Assembly: GCA_963977015.1 (NCBI GenBank) | Contig: CAXBMO010000003.1 | Span: 256,001-320,000 of the forward strand | Direction: 5' to 3' | Source: an uncultured bacterium | GTDB taxonomy: Bacteria; Verrucomicrobiota; Verrucomicrobiia; Verrucomicrobiales; DEV007 | Length of the DNA stretch: 64,000 bases | In this document: positions 29,701 through 38,224 of the stretch, piece by piece | How positions within the stretch are numbered: the stretch's first letter is position 1 | Layout: every line of letters starts with the position of its first letter | Position numbers and translations under genes: made by a program | The notes under the pieces: generated by a model | Databases searched by the model: none | What the model saw: only the letters and a program-made list of their open reading frames with translations | What the model was told of the DNA's origin: nothing

Positions 29701-32700
29701 CGTTCTCTCCGCCGAATCCATCGCCGCCGGCAGATCCCGCCCAGAAAAGGTGTGAGGTACCGGAATCATCCGCCGCGGAAGCATTGAAGTAGAACGAAAC
29801 CGTTCCGCTGGCGCTCGTCATCTGCGTCCCTTCCAAAGTGCCGGGAATCACAATGTGATTGTTGCTCACAGAGGCCGACTTGTCGAAATCCGCGGCGGTA
29901 TTGGTCGTCTCGAACAGCCCCGTATTCTGTCCGGCAACTCCCAACGTCACCGCGGACCCCACCGTGGCGGCATCATTGACCGTTCCGGCGCTGTCTTGCA
30001 CCGTGCCGGATCCTGCCGCGTCGTTAAAGCGGTAGTAGGCCAGCGGATTCAACGCCTGAATCGTCGGTGAGATGACGCCACTCACGAGCACCGTGTCCTC
30101 ATCCGTGCTGGCGTTGTCGACCGTGCCGACTGGAGCGCGGTTGACCACCGTGAGCGCGATGTCATTGCCGCTTCCCTCCGTGCCCGATGCGGCGTCGTAA
30201 TTGTAGGACACGCTGAACTGGTTGAGACCATCCAGTGACGTGACCAGCGTGTCGTCGCCATTGGCGTTGGTGAAAAATCCCGTGGCATCGGCATCGTCGT
30301 TGACCACGATCACGAAGGTATCGCCCGGCTGCGGATCGAAACCGGGCGTGGTGATCTGAAGCGTGCCCGAACTGACGTCCACCAATCCGTTGACGTTGAC
30401 CTGATCGACCTGGCCCGCGCCCGTGCCGGTCAGTTCCACCTCGTAGATTCCGTCGATGTCGAGATCGCCCGTATTGAGGACGCCGGGGCTGAGTCCCGGC
30501 CCAATCAGGGCGCCCGCGTCCACCGTCACCGTGCCGGCGAACGTTCCGGTTCCCGCGAGCGTTCCTTCGTCAATGTTGGTTCCGCCGCCAAACGTGGCGT
30601 TGCCTTCGAAAATCAGGGTTCCCGTTCCATCCTTGTCCAGCGTGGCATCGTCGGAATCGCCATCGGTGTCCGTGATGCTGCTGGCCGCGGCAAAGGTCGC
30701 AACTTGGCCGGCATCAACCGTAAGTCGATGCACGCCCACGCCGGTGAGGTTCATGAGCACATTGGTATTATCGAGATCCTGCCCGCTGAGATTCTGGATG
30801 ATCGCGCCGGATGCCCAGTTGAATTCGTAGGTTCCGCCGAGCTCGGAAAGGGTCCCGAATTGAAGCGTGCCCCCGTTCAGGTTGAAGATCCCATCGGTTT
30901 CACCCGGGTTAGTCCCGCTGTCAGCGTTGGCGAGTTGAATCGTCTTAGCCGATACCATACCCGCGTCCATGGTGAACGTTCCGTTGCCACTTCCGCTTCC
31001 CGAGCCCCGATACCGGCCCACTGCGAGTAGATCGATCGTGGCATTGATGATGGTTCCTCCCGTCATATCAAAGACACCTTCGTTGTCCGTGCCCGTGCCA
31101 CTGGCATTGTTATACCCCACATACAAATCCGCGTCCGTTCCGGCGCCACCCTTGCCATTGAGGATCAAAATCCCGTCATCAGCGATGGTCACTGATCCGC
31201 TTGCCTTGCGGTAACCAACATCAAAGGTATTCACATTCAGCGTGTTGGTAGTGCTGCCTAAGATCAGTTTGCTGACGACGCCCGAATTTCCGGGAGGGTT
31301 TGAGTCAGCTATGAGAATGCGGTCGGCGGTGATCTCATTGTCACCGGAGCTGGAGAGGGTCAGGCTTCCCACCGTACCGCTGCCACTACTATAGCTATTG
31401 ACACCGATATGAACATTGCTGACGTCAACGGTCACGGAATCCGCGTTGGAAAAGTCCACCGATCCGCTCCCCACCGCGGAACTGCCACTATTGGAGTAGC
31501 CAATCCTGAAATTCCCCGCACTATCGCCAATGTTGACCGCCCCTCCGGTGACAGTCAACGCTCCCGTGCCCGAATATCCGACCCGGATTTCATCGACCAT
31601 CAGGCCGTTCGCGACCGTCAGGGTCCCATCGTCGATGTTGAGCACGCTGTCGCCGCCATTGTCCGTGACGGCATTGAAAATCGTGCCCGTGGCGGCGTCT
31701 TCAAGCGCAAAAGTAGCCGTCGTCCCGGTTTCGCTGAGCACAACGTCCTTCACCAGGACCGTATCATGCGCCGTGACGACTCCGGTATCGACGTCGAGGG
31801 TTTCGACATCGAGCAGAGCATTGAAATCCGCGGCATTGGCGTTGATGCTCAGCGTGCCCAAGCGGCTCAGATTCTTGATCGCGGCAGGCCCCGTTCCCGT
31901 CGGTGCCGCCAAGCTCGCCAACTGAAAGACAAAAGCGTCGATCGCCACCCCATCCTCGCGTTCGGAGAAGCGAACCGTAAACGTGCCTCCGTGGTCATCG
32001 ATATCCTGCTGGGTTATTTCCCAGGTAGCGTCCTGTTTCGGAGTGCCTCCTGAGTTGTTGACTTCAAATCCGCCTTCACCATCCCACGGAGTAGTGGCAA
32101 AGTTATGGTCCGTGCCATGTTGAAACTCATAGTGATCCGGATGTATGCCCCCCACGCCGTCCTTCAACTGCACGATGTCGGCATAAAACGAATCGGAAGC
32201 GCCGTCTTCTCCATCCCACCTCACATAAAGCTGATATGTCCCAGGGGTCGTAACGGTCAGGTCATATTCGATGGTCGGATCATTGGTCGGTCCTCCGGCA
32301 CTGCCACTCCCATCAGCGAGCAGTTGAACATATTCTCCTCCCCTGGCATTGCTCATCAGCACAGTGCCTTCCGCGTTCAGGTCTAGTCCGGTTGGCGCTA
32401 CCTTCCACTCCGTTCCGTCCGTTGCAGTAGTGGTTCTCGCCGAATCATCTTCTCCTTCCACCACGGAAATTCCACCGGTGACGTTTCCGTTGAAAGTGAC
32501 ATTCCCAACGCCCGCGTTCATCGAGAGACTCTGGCCGGCAGCATCGCCCGCCACGATCCCCTCAAAAATCACATCACTCCCGCTCGCCGAGGTATCCACG
32601 ATAACATCCCCGCCGACCACGACCGTGGCGTCAAAGGTGACAACGCCACCCGCCCTAATATTGTGGTCCAGATCCACCCGCCCGATGTCAAAAGTCACGT

Positions 32701-35700
32701 CGGCCGTAAGATCCAGATCAGTGGAAATCACGACCCGGTCGTCAGACGCTCCCAAAATCGTCAGCAGGCCCGAAGGCTTCGCGATCGTGGTGGACTCACC
32801 CGCGGTCGAATCGATCGTGAGCGTGTTGTCAACGTTTTCGGTTACGGTAATGACCTCACTTTCCGATGACGTAAACTCAAGCGTCACATCTCCGGTGGGG
32901 TTGATCGATTCAATCGGTTCGAGCCCCGTGTAGGTGATCGTCGACGTGCCGTTGAGCAGGATGGAGCCGTCGTTTTCGCTGGTGTAAGTGTAAACCGCGG
33001 AAGCGAACGAACCGTTCTCAATCACCAATTGGTCGCCCATCCCGCCATTGTCGCCTTGACCGTTGACCTCGATATCCACGTTCAACAGCGCAGCATTGGA
33101 ATAGTCGATCGTGAAAGTGTCGTTGCCAGTGCCTCCATTGTCGCCATTGATGACCAGCTTGTCGACTGCGTCGAGCGGCCGCGAATCGACCACGACGTTG
33201 TTCTGGAGAACCTGTACGGTCGATTCCACGATCCGGACCTGGAACTGGGTGTCACCGTTCGGGCCCTGGACCGTGGTCGGGGTCGAATCATTCGTGTCGA
33301 TGAAGGAAATGGTGACGTCGTTGCCGTCCCCGCCAAAATAGGAGATGAAAGCGTCGATCGTCCCCGAGGAGAGCGCGTCGATCCGGGTTCCGTCGGCGAG
33401 CCCCGCGAACGTGCCGGAAACTGCGTTGGTTCCCTGATTGTCGATCAGGGTCAACTGGCTTCCGTGCGAACTGCTGAACCCGCTCAGAGTCGCCAGCGAG
33501 AGAGAGACGTTGGTCAGGACCACGTCGCCGGTCACTTCCACCAGATCATTCGCGCCGCTTTCGACCTCCAGGCTCAGATCGCCGCTGTTGCTGCCTGAAG
33601 TCGAGTCAAAAACTAGATCCCCGTTGATCCGCAGAGTCGCCGTGGCCCCGGACCCGCCCACTTCGACCTCGCCCAGGTTGACGTCCACGTTTCCGGTCAC
33701 CGTGCCCGAACCGGCCAGGACGTCGCCACCGGCCATGGACAAGCCATTGCTGACGGTGAGGGTCCCCCCGCTGATCGTGATGTCGCCGACTGAAGCCGCG
33801 TCCGAATCCAGGATGGTGACGGCCTCTCCGGCCACATCCAGCGTTCCATTGAAACTGAATCCCGTACTGGAGCCGTCGCCGAGGCTCAGGGTTCCCGTCG
33901 CGGTGATCGCCGCGGTGGTCGAGGTGCCCGCGATCGGAGCGTTGATGACGCCGCTGCCCGCCAGGGTCGCGCCGGTCCCGATCGTCAGGGTGTCCGCCGG
34001 CCCGCCATTGCCGATCTCTCCATTCACCACCAGCATCCCGTCCTCAATGTCCGTGGTCCCGAGATAGGTGTTCGTACCGGAGAGGGTCAACGTGCCAGTG
34101 CCGTCTTTCACCAGGGAAACCGACCCGTTGATTTCACCCACGTAGGTGGTGTTCGTCGACTGGTCGATTGTCAACGTCGCGGCCGTTGCCGAGGTGATTT
34201 GAGAACCCGAGTCATTTGGTGTGGTGGCATCCGTGTATAATCTCGCGATCGTCTGGGCAAAACCGTTCAGGTTCAGGGTGCCGCCGCTGCTGCCGAAGTG
34301 ACGGAACGTGGCGTTGGTAGGAAGAGCGTTGGCCACTCCGAGGCTCAGAGTCCCGTTTTTCAAGAAGGTGGTGCCCCATGTGTTGCCGTCCACGCCTAGA
34401 ACGGTAAGTCCGTTCGAGTCCGTGTAGAATTGACCGCTGCTCCCGATGTCGATCGGATTGGTGGTGAACTCGATCGAGCCGCCGGAGGCATTGATGACAA
34501 AGAACGTATTGGTGCCGGTGATGCCTCCGGTGAAGGTGAGACTGCCACCGTCGGATTTCACCCGAATGTTCCCGGGAAGCGACACCTCTCCGCTGATGAC
34601 GTTGTCTCCGCTAACATTGCGCAAAGCGTTGTTCAAACCACTGCCGGTGAAGCTGATGGCATCCGCCACCGTGATGCTTCCACTCAGGTCGAGCCGAGCA
34701 TTGTTAGCTTTGTTGACGGTAGTCCCGCCTGCGGTGGAACCGAGAGCGTTGCTGTGAGAGATCGCCAGCACTCCGTCATCCACCAGGGTGTCTCCTTGGT
34801 AACTGTTATCTCCGGAAAATGCCAGAGTTCCCGATCCCGTCTTGGTGATCCCTCCGGTTCCGGCAATCGCGCCTCCAAAATTCCCGCTACTCAATGTCAG
34901 CGTCGTCGGTGTGTTGTGAACTCCATCCACCCCGCCCAGCTCGACCGTCACATTCGACCCGCCGGTCAAGGAACCGATGCTACTGTCGCCCTCGATGAAT
35001 TTGACGATGACGGAGTCGGTAAAGCTGCTCAGATCAAGGTCTTCGGCGCTGTAGTCGCCCTGATTCACGATGAGGGTGAGGGGTTCGTCGGTCGCGGCTG
35101 CGGCCAGAGCATCGGCAATCGTCTCAAACCGCGTTCCTGGCTGCTCCCCGGCGATCTCGTCGTCCACATCAGGAACGTCTGTTGCGAAACTACCAGGGAC
35201 CCGGAGAAATGTGATACCGTCGGCGATCACATAGCCGTTTGCCCCATTCGATATCGTTACCTTCCCCGCATTTCCGGGGGAGAATTCGAATTCTCCCAAG
35301 AAAAGATCTCCCCCCGTTGTCTGATCGACTGATCGATCGTGGGAACCGTTCATATCGACAATGGTGACCGGAGTAGTCGATGCACGATCCGCCCTTGCAG
35401 CCCATTGTATCGACACTTCGTAGGTTCCTCCCAAAAGTTCCGGCCTAAACTCCACCGATTTACTACCCTTGTCCGTATTGCCATCGTGGAGATAGCTGCT
35501 TCCCTGATAGCCAGGCGCCGATGTGCTTTGTGCCCAACTCCCTGTCAGGGTAATCGCAGCATTCCCGGAGTGGTCCTCGCTGTCCAGGACAATCTCTTCG
35601 GCAACAAAATCAGGATTGACGTAAAAAACCTGTCCGTAGGTCAGAACGACATCGTTCCCGTCTCCGCCCGCATAACTGATGTCGTAGTCGATCCCATCTA

Positions 35701-38206
35701 CGCTGACGGTACCCCCTTCTGCGATGACGTTACCGAGGCTGTCTTTGAAGAATCCGGTCGTCGTGCCGGAGGTATTGTTGATCAGGGTATAGGCATGGGC
35801 GCCAGTTGGCACCATAGCCAGCGATGCCACGTCCAGTGTCGCCACTCCCGCACCCAGATCCACATCACCCGAGACATTGACGACATCGTTTCCTGCTCCG
35901 GCGAGCATGGTGCCATCTCCATGGATCTGGACTTGAAAGGCGGAACCAGGAGCGAACGTCAGGGCCCCTACATCGAGGCTTTCGACAGGCGATGCCGCGT
36001 TCCCGGGCGACAGCGTGCCGCGAATCGTGACGGCCCCATCCGTGGAGCCGGTTCCGCTCAATGTGGATGTCTCGCCGATGAAATAGTCGCCTGCATTGGT
36101 GTGGGTTCCGTCGAGGATCAAAGTAGGACTGTCCTGAACGATGCCAGCCCAGACGTTGTCCAACTGTCCTTCAAAAGGACTCGAAGATCTGGAGCCACCT
36201 GCTCCGAATGCAATGAAATAGTCCAAATCTCCAGTGGCTCCATCAAAGTTCAGAGTGCCGCCCTGCTGAACACCGCCGACGAAGACTTCGTAGGTCTTGG
36301 CGGTATGATCGATGAGCAGTTCGATGTGATGCCATTCGTTGATATCCACTCCCGTTGCCAGGGTGACCAATCCCGTTCCGCTGTCTCCCGCGACCAAATT
36401 CACCTTGTCATCACCTGCTGCTGCGTCTTTTACGAAGCCGACATAGGCCCGCATATCGGAGAGACTCCTTGGTTGTGCCCCATTATTTCCGACATCCTCC
36501 ACTCGCCCGTCGATCCTTTCAGTCACTCCGTAATACCACTCACCACCATCATGAGTGACTCGAGCATCGAACGTCACGACTCCGGAGGAATTCTCCCCGA
36601 TTGCAGCGTCCTCCAGGTTTCGGTGTATTCCCCGATACGCTGTGCTTGCTCCGATTGTCGTTGAATTCAATCCGCCGTCATACCCGAAAGTCATGAAATT
36701 CCCGTCACTGTCGGACGCGACGGCCACTCTTCCTGTCGTATTTCGATTCCACACCGTATCCGCGCCCGCATTGCCCGTCGAATACGACTCAAAATCATCG
36801 GAAATGCTAACGAGACCGACCGTGGTCTCCTGGACATAACTATTGTCCCCCGCGAACGTCACGGAATGGTCTCCGACGATTTTTACGGCATCCGTCACGA
36901 CGCTGCCAACGTGCGAAATATCGCCGCCCACGACGATGTCTCCGGTATCCGCATCGAAGACCAACCCCGTGTTTTGATCGGTGCGATGGATCAACCTGGT
37001 ATTGATCGTCTGAGTATCGGTCGAATTATTGACGACAACTGCGGAAGCCGCGTCTCCTCCCTCTCCCAACATATCGAAGTAGGCCGGGCCATTGATCGTG
37101 AATGCGCCCGCTCCCGCCGCGAATTCCAGGCTGTCCGCATTCCAACCCGCAGCCGCTCCCGCCTGATCCATGGTAACGGTCGTATTGGCGGTTCCATCAA
37201 AGACAAAAGTATGGAAGCTCCCATCATCCAAGGGAACCACATCGCCATCCCAGTTTTCCTTGGTCGACCAATTTCCATCCGCGCCACCGCCATCCCAGGT
37301 ACCGATAAGGGTCGCGTAGTGAACTCCTTCCAAACTCCCCGCAATCGCCCCTTCCGCCTGCCCGTCCGAGATAAGCCGGCGTTCCCCGGTCTCGAAAAAG
37401 GCATACATGATGCCTTGTGAGGAGGAACCGTAGACATCGCTTAAGCCCAGGATGTGCCCCTGCTCGTGCAGCAATACACTGAGCAAATCCACACGGTCGT
37501 TCGCCGCAGAATCGATATCCGCGATCATCTGGGTGCTCCCGAGGCTCGCCGAGATGTATTCTTCGTCGTCCAACGGCGTTTCGTCGAGAAACCAGGTTCG
37601 ACCTGCTGCGTCAAGGTCGATCGTGATGATACTATTCTCCGCCGAGCCGAGATAATTCCCGGGCAGATCCACCACCTGGTAAACCACGTTGGCCAGCGCG
37701 AGTGATTGTTCCTCGGTCAGTCCGGTCATGCGCCATCGCTCCGCCGCCGCCTCAGCCATCCAGTTCACCATATCCGGGTTCAGGTCAGATTCCGGTGCTT
37801 CAGCCGAATACTGGCCCCATTCATCGACCTCCAGTAGGCTTTCGCCAATCACTTCCATCGGAGCCTCTCCCTCCACGCTCGGCGCTGCATCAAAGACCTC
37901 GCTCTCGTCCGTCAACAGGTAGACCTCGGTATCAAGCACCGACTCCGGCGCGGCATCGAACGCTTCCTGCGCCTCGATCTGGGACTCCGCAGATGGTTGC
38001 CCACTTTGCGAAGCCAACAAGGGTGCCTCGTGGGCTGGTTCGGAACCCAATTCTGCATCGGGAGTACATCCCCCATCAACCGGCGCGGCCGAGTAGAGAA
38101 TCCGTGGCTCGAGGTTCTCGAGAAGCATCCTGCTGCCTACCGGCTTTTCCGAGTCCGGTTTGTTACGGCCAAAGTGGCGTTCGAGGAAGTTCGGTTTCTT
38201 TTTCAT
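17771..38206 (-). CDS. Giant LEPR-XLL-type surface/adhesin protein B (6811 aa)
   Basis: Complete ORF in the track. It has LLENLEPRILYSAAP, HEQGHILGLSD, autotransporter-associated beta-strand repeats, a golvesin/xanthan-lyase CBM-like module (about 35205-35570), LamG (about 29380-30060), many VCBS/Ig9-type domains (L..G....DTFTY...T..VT..G.ND.P), and a C-terminal Ig-like domain (TPFFAGT...ADAAGNWS). Confidence 0.96.
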   Translation of the reverse strand: MKKKPNFLERHFGRNKPDSEKPVGSRMLLENLEPRILYSAAPVDGGCTPDAELGSEPAHEAPLLASQSGQPSAESQIEAQEAFDAAPESVLDTEVYLLTDESEVFDAAPSVEGEAPMEVIGESLLEVDEWGQYSAEAPESDLNPDMVNWMAEAAAERWRMTGLTEEQSLALANVVYQVVDLPGNYLGSAENSIITIDLDAAGRTWFLDETPLDDEEYISASLGSTQMIADIDSAANDRVDLLSVLLHEQGHILGLSDVYGSSSQGIMYAFFETGERRLISDGQAEGAIAGSLEGVHYATLIGTWDGGGADGNWSTKENWDGDVVPLDDGSFHTFVFDGTANTTVTMDQAGAAAGWNADSLEFAAGAGAFTINGPAYFDMLGEGGDAASAVVVNNSTDTQTINTRLIHRTDQNTGLVFDADTGDIVVGGDISHVGSVVTDAVKIVGDHSVTFAGDNSYVQETTVGLVSISDDFESYSTGNAGADTVWNRNTTGRVAVASDSDGNFMTFGYDGGLNSTTIGASTAYRGIHRNLEDAAIGENSSGVVTFDARVTHDGGEWYYGVTERIDGRVEDVGNNGAQPRSLSDMRAYVGFVKDAAAGDDKVNLVAGDSGTGLVTLATGVDINEWHHIELLIDHTAKTYEVFVGGVQQGGTLNFDGATGDLDYFIAFGAGGSRSSSPFEGQLDNVWAGIVQDSPTLILDGTHTNAGDYFIGETSTLSGTGSTDGAVTIRGTLSPGNAASPVESLDVGALTFAPGSAFQVQIHGDGTMLAGAGNDVVNVSGDVDLGAGVATLDVASLAMVPTGAHAYTLINNTSGTTTGFFKDSLGNVIAEGGTVSVDGIDYDISYAGGDGNDVVLTYGQVFYVNPDFVAEEIVLDSEDHSGNAAITLTGSWAQSTSAPGYQGSSYLHDGNTDKGSKSVEFRPELLGGTYEVSIQWAARADRASTTPVTIVDMNGSHDRSVDQTTGGDLFLGEFEFSPGNAGKVTISNGANGYVIADGITFLRVPGSFATDVPDVDDEIAGEQPGTRFETIADALAAAATDEPLTLIVNQGDYSAEDLDLSSFTDSVIVKFIEGDSSIGSLTGGSNVTVELGGVDGVHNTPTTLTLSSGNFGGAIAGTGGITKTGSGTLAFSGDNSYQGDTLVDDGVLAISHSNALGSTAGGTTVNKANNARLDLSGSITVADAISFTGSGLNNALRNVSGDNVISGEVSLPGNIRVKSDGGSLTFTGGITGTNTFFVINASGGSIEFTTNPIDIGSSGQFYTDSNGLTVLGVDGNTWGTTFLKNGTLSLGVANALPTNATFRHFGSSGGTLNLNGFAQTIARLYTDATTPNDSGSQITSATAATLTIDQSTNTTYVGEINGSVSLVKDGTGTLTLSGTNTYLGTTDIEDGMLVVNGEIGNGGPADTLTIGTGATLAGSGVINAPIAGTSTTAAITATGTLSLGDGSSTGFSFNGTLDVAGEAVTILDSDAASVGDITISGGTLTVSNGLSMAGGDVLAGSGTVTGNVDVNLGEVEVGGSGATATLRINGDLVFDSTSGSNSGDLSLEVESGANDLVEVTGDVVLTNVSLSLATLSGFSSSHGSQLTLIDNQGTNAVSGTFAGLADGTRIDALSSGTIDAFISYFGGDGNDVTISFIDTNDSTPTTVQGPNGDTQFQVRIVESTVQVLQNNVVVDSRPLDAVDKLVINGDNGGTGNDTFTIDYSNAALLNVDIEVNGQGDNGGMGDQLVIENGSFASAVYTYTSENDGSILLNGTSTITYTGLEPIESINPTGDVTLEFTSSESEVITVTENVDNTLTIDSTAGESTTIAKPSGLLTILGASDDRVVISTDLDLTADVTFDIGRVDLDHNIRAGGVVTFDATVVVGGDVIVDTSASGSDVIFEGIVAGDAAGQSLSMNAGVGNVTFNGNVTGGISVVEGEDDSARTTTATDGTEWKVAPTGLDLNAEGTVLMSNARGGEYVQLLADGSGSAGGPTNDPTIEYDLTVTTPGTYQLYVRWDGEDGASDSFYADIVQLKDGVGGIHPDHYEFQHGTDHNFATTPWDGEGGFEVNNSGGTPKQDATWEITQQDIDDHGGTFTVRFSEREDGVAIDAFVFQLASLAAPTGTGPAAIKNLSRLGTLSINANAADFNALLDVETLDVDTGVVTAHDTVLVKDVVLSETGTTATFALEDAATGTIFNAVTDNGGDSVLNIDDGTLTVANGLMVDEIRVGYSGTGALTVTGGAVNIGDSAGNFRIGYSNSGSSAVGSGSVDFSNADSVTVDVSNVHIGVNSYSSGSGTVGSLTLSSSGDNEITADRILIADSNPPGNSGVVSKLILGSTTNTLNVNTFDVGYRKASGSVTIADDGILILNGKGGAGTDADLYVGYNNASGTGTDNEGVFDMTGGTIINATIDLLAVGRYRGSGSGSGNGTFTMDAGMVSAKTIQLANADSGTNPGETDGIFNLNGGTLQFGTLSELGGTYEFNWASGAIIQNLSGQDLDNTNVLMNLTGVGVHRLTVDAGQVATFAAASSITDTDGDSDDATLDKDGTGTLIFEGNATFGGGTNIDEGTLAGTGTFAGTVTVDAGALIGPGLSPGVLNTGDLDIDGIYEVELTGTGAGQVDQVNVNGLVDVSSGTLQITTPGFDPQPGDTFVIVVNDDADATGFFTNANGDDTLVTSLDGLNQFSVSYNYDAASGTEGSGNDIALTVVNRAPVGTVDNASTDEDTVLVSGVISPTIQALNPLAYYRFNDAAGSGTVQDSAGTVNDAATVGSAVTLGVAGQNTGLFETTNTAADFDKSASVSNNHIVIPGTLEGTQMTSASGTVSFYFNASAADDSGTSHLFWAGSAGGDGFGGENEMHVNLRADGELQMYIQGASSVNAFTSGTDYRDGQWHQIIFSWDKTANEVKLHVDGAEELSSQHTGNTFNLNNIRLGSPTNNNGDRDFGGLIDEAAFWDTALSTPDVAKLTDPKGILTNDSDPDGDSISIVPWTTVSANGAAVTVDVNGGFTYDPTASAELQSLLPGQTVTDTFTYFVSDGNQPGDAAVMFDANDLGTTSNMSGQGGGTGLSGSWGGGTGTIRVVGMDLTYPGYNVTQEGNSRAVQGDYTQFKNLNRALTTPLDGEVWFSYLVQNPVGEDAKGGLAFNLTDSTDYDAATFQVVANGTGLQIRLPNGTGTTDVTVPNQFTDGQTSLVVGRLNIGAGANDTIEVWVDPDPVNGTTQGPAYSGTGDFGDSISRLGIVSYATNAEWSSSSPAEGGIVDAIRMDNSAYAVIGAASAEVTVTVEGRNDAPDAVDDTYTTSEDTVLDVDVASGVLNNDTDVDNDTLQVQAFDATSDKGAVVSMNANGSFSYDPTGSAELQGLLPGQTVNDTFTYTNSDGNGGTDTATVTITVQGADDGPAISADSVLTFTEGEGPTVVHPTLSLTDPDTNDIADGDARSNLDTSNFVAIAAIGTGFVDGQDQLALDTGSISSNLNVSVSADKSFVTITADNSSSTLADFEDALRKVTFENTSDNPTISNREIVFGFFDGDQITDPTTSQTIANWDFEDGNADFSPDVTATGFTISDITKGNVLYFATDYKGDYPSKVLGVSPADTNSPTLAQAVANNTYVEFTISSNGAAYNLSRLAFEVSKGGSGTRGISIRFSDDDFSSYTEVVSQDITTSRHAQTPFDVDLSTYDALKNLNGDLKARIYVYAPGNGNRLEFDNFSLTGEVGHSVVVDTSIVPVNDPPNPVDDSFDADEDTVLEIDVTDGVLDNDTDPENDSLQVVGFDASSVKGATVVVDSDGSFSYDPTGVAEFQGLLPGQSVEDTFTYTVSDGNGETGTATVTITVQGADDAATIASDATLSFTENDGPTAIHPGLTLTDPDTNDLADGDSRASLDSSNYVASATITSGFVPGEDQLYLDVNEISSNLSVSFSADHIEIAASNSNATLADFQDALRKITFENVSENPTTSPNREVSFRFFDGDLATNPGTSLTLASWDFQDGNADFAPDVEGDGFTISDISKGNVLYFATDYQGSYPSKVLGVSPADSNSPTLADAVENDTYVEFSISSGATPYNLTQLQFEVSKGGSGTRGISIRFSDDDFSSYTEVVSQDITTSRHAQTPFDVDLSTYGALKNLSGDLEARIYVYAPGNGNRLEFDNLTLSGEVSGGVVVDTAVVAVNDLPVAADDTAQAKERGASPGSKATGNVLTNDSDVDDAAGEFGVVRFGSGDEVAGATTDAGGSVAGNYGTLQLNADGAYTYTVDDSNSTVDGLLSGETLTDTFIYNVQDGDSQDATAPAPGDAEPSVAVDFSDVSGGFKGKSFGDGITGSWDGSSNVYSKTGGLSSSLYNVTQSDNVSATGHDTNHRQVVADLETAMQGEVWFSFLVRNNSSSAVSGITLNPNNPSSGPVYDPDYDFGILASGSKLAVNGNETDNVFDTTGSVTHLVVGRLNLEVGTESLDIWVDPNLTGDPVLPTATWSGSASALAQEIASLGIVAYGNGNLDNILLGESQHDVTGVADPATLQPANYATLTVTITGTNDAPVANADTNFAVEHGATANGEQIAGGGGSTPGTASGNVLIDTDYGDGFADAADTDADDALDGTNVAVTQIRYSGEGTPRGSNAGGDVSGATVVDGQYGYLTISPNGSYTYTIDQAVADELAGDESITETFTYTIEDGGEDEVEVSAIIGLELDGNNQLANITVENASGDSFVLTSGDLVGVQVTQFRGENASVLFTEGGATGVPAQGDRALALEDDAFDTGLANPKYATASELEAGTNVGMTVEFDRSVNSALFFEVGDGDPIVAQVSLDGVNWSDAVSFASGDYWWDNVSSVAVEVFEMGSVPNTLNDVENGTFTKTPYGTTVAVRGLALTADRFGVESFRYLRYSSGVANAVDPVYIAGVQSASDSDTLTITVQGNNDAPVANDDTNIAVEAGGVENGILGINPSGNVIGSLGGGSGASAGDVPDTDADLKVREKLYVTNVTFSGAPFSGATYFGGAVAVDGSVRVDGAYGSLEIWSDGSYTYTVDETVADQLDAGDAPVEEFVYTVSDQPGLTETTLTTYAFQGNGSPSSPHAAIDAGSVSVSSTANTGDTFISGSTYTALIRGDGTASDQASALTDDDYFEFTITPNPGETISLTALEFEHFANNAGTVTSGTSSRVHWSSSLDNFQTALHDADAFVQPFQDVGDVNAVTRETSVLNLGSEFQNLTGPVTFRFTFSDDSIDNEFINRLDNLVVRGIVGEVSTDTGNLAIEVRGTNDIPVAVSDTSIAVEAGIRTGFTGTGNVLSNDSDIDTDDVGNLSVVAFGSGSDSGDATTAAGDTATGNFGSIQIGANGSFTYTVDDANAAVQALDSGDTLTDTFVYKVQDTTTANPSVKVDFSSLSDGASIGTTHGQGLNGAWGGTSTINAVSDGLVSELYNIPPSDKAAEGDYGGPRQVVANLQEPMASEVWFSFLVQNVDDQNDDGVGGITFNSKANDANGILNYEPENDFGVFASGGDLVVGVTEGSFEVREGLFTPGQTHLVVGRLNLVDGVETIDVWVDPNLTDNPELPEANYSGALHGTAIAAQQEITSLGIAAYRDSLLDNILLGGEMLDVTGINSQFATLTVTIQGANDAPQIVDDENFAVEPGGENNQTVVVGGDGETSSGTKGNVMGGDGVSPNDGADLDVDGDDDPAAGNGSVVVTQAEYTGSGTPVGSNAGGRVNGATVVDGAYGQLTINPDGSYSYTVDPGASDSLNSGDTADEEFTYTIANTEELARFDLNPSSSTQNIAPDSEAADLVSVSLQAKGSSGEIFVSGSSKTALIRASAAPGSEDAALDNLLDGTGTNYFEFIVTPAIGESVTLTSIEFEAGISNGTFDSHLYFQSSVGDFGSSNPVLGSFNPTTRNDSFINYPAYELELGDEFRDVSSPVTFRFTWSDNSGVSGYISRLDNLVINGYQAGAEDTGILTIEVQGRNDDPVAANDSGATDEDTKLTVSVAEGLLANDSDADAGDVVGTNVLVSDFDPLSQYGAAVSVDPDGGFSYDPRESAYLQTLAEGETIVDTFTYTISDDESATHTATVSITVSGKGAIEIETDKVFPPGFGGDPASFSPDTASIVMNCGNLEISVNGTLLRSIANSVLTNGAGVDNDSGDANPDGKHDIVFRGAGDSVTLTAGTLDSGVFNDLEVVSADRVDFTAASSLAGRLTVNAGSINLGANLMTGGEQEFNGPVTLTANVSLTAVDTDSDGEGVDFANTVAGSGNNLTLSGGAGVAEAISGVGVLRADRIDSESTISAASVDVTGVSELGGNVATSGAQTYGGAITLTDHVSLIGGTLSTQAIGGAFDLTTVSTGVTTFASALNLGGLNVTSGASLDIGVDITTTGDQILTTAGNFTLLSTAALDAGVGSITVYADHSNSTTPEADGVFVNWLGTVNAAAVTIYGGTAEDAFRVQPSETTEITVHGLDPTTLPGDALVVLGPDPQLNSTGSGEGNYTFPAANPALLPVHFTSIESDNLVPVLLGVSIRDSLVHGVGQGPIALFPNIQVTQANLVISATIQIHGGYQPDEDRLSAIALPAGLSQRFDRSSGTLTISAGPGGVSSKAMEQALRAVAYSNKDVSDPAAGTRWFVVEVQDGTDRSNALQVSVIQEGKTKPASAAGTNTGDTPATATGTTPAGEESAAGELSNLQSLLNSFGDSGVFAGVRLDEVLDGSSGYQFLNGQLITPEGVVIDPSTIRSGESSVLPTLPPAFSLTPFFAGTSAVGAQIVVTISDGAGGFSYTTTVQADAAGNWSASLSGVTLEDRVYSITIQEVSPIFAMEGGSSSIFRAGSFRGGLIPGLSTEEELTLGDIYGLIIDATNPEDAILQLEQ
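17775..19035 (-). repeat. Direct repeat, copy 1: 3' end of gene B, highly similar to the 3' end of gene C (about 38972-40225)
   Basis: By direct comparison, 17892-18147 is identical to 39089-39344 (256 bp, offset 21197). The flanks are very similar with mostly synonymous changes. Confidence 0.95.
25780..28410 (-). repeat. Internal tandem duplication in gene B, two units of about 1.31 kb (about 438 aa)
   Basis: The protein repeats ND.P..VDD...DISKGNVLYFATDY.G.YPSKVLGVSPAD...RIYVYAPGNGNRLEFDN. At DNA level 25927-26071 and 27241-27385 differ at 2 of 145 positions (offset 1314). Confidence 0.92.
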
Positions 38207-38224
38207 TTAGGTCATGGCGATCAT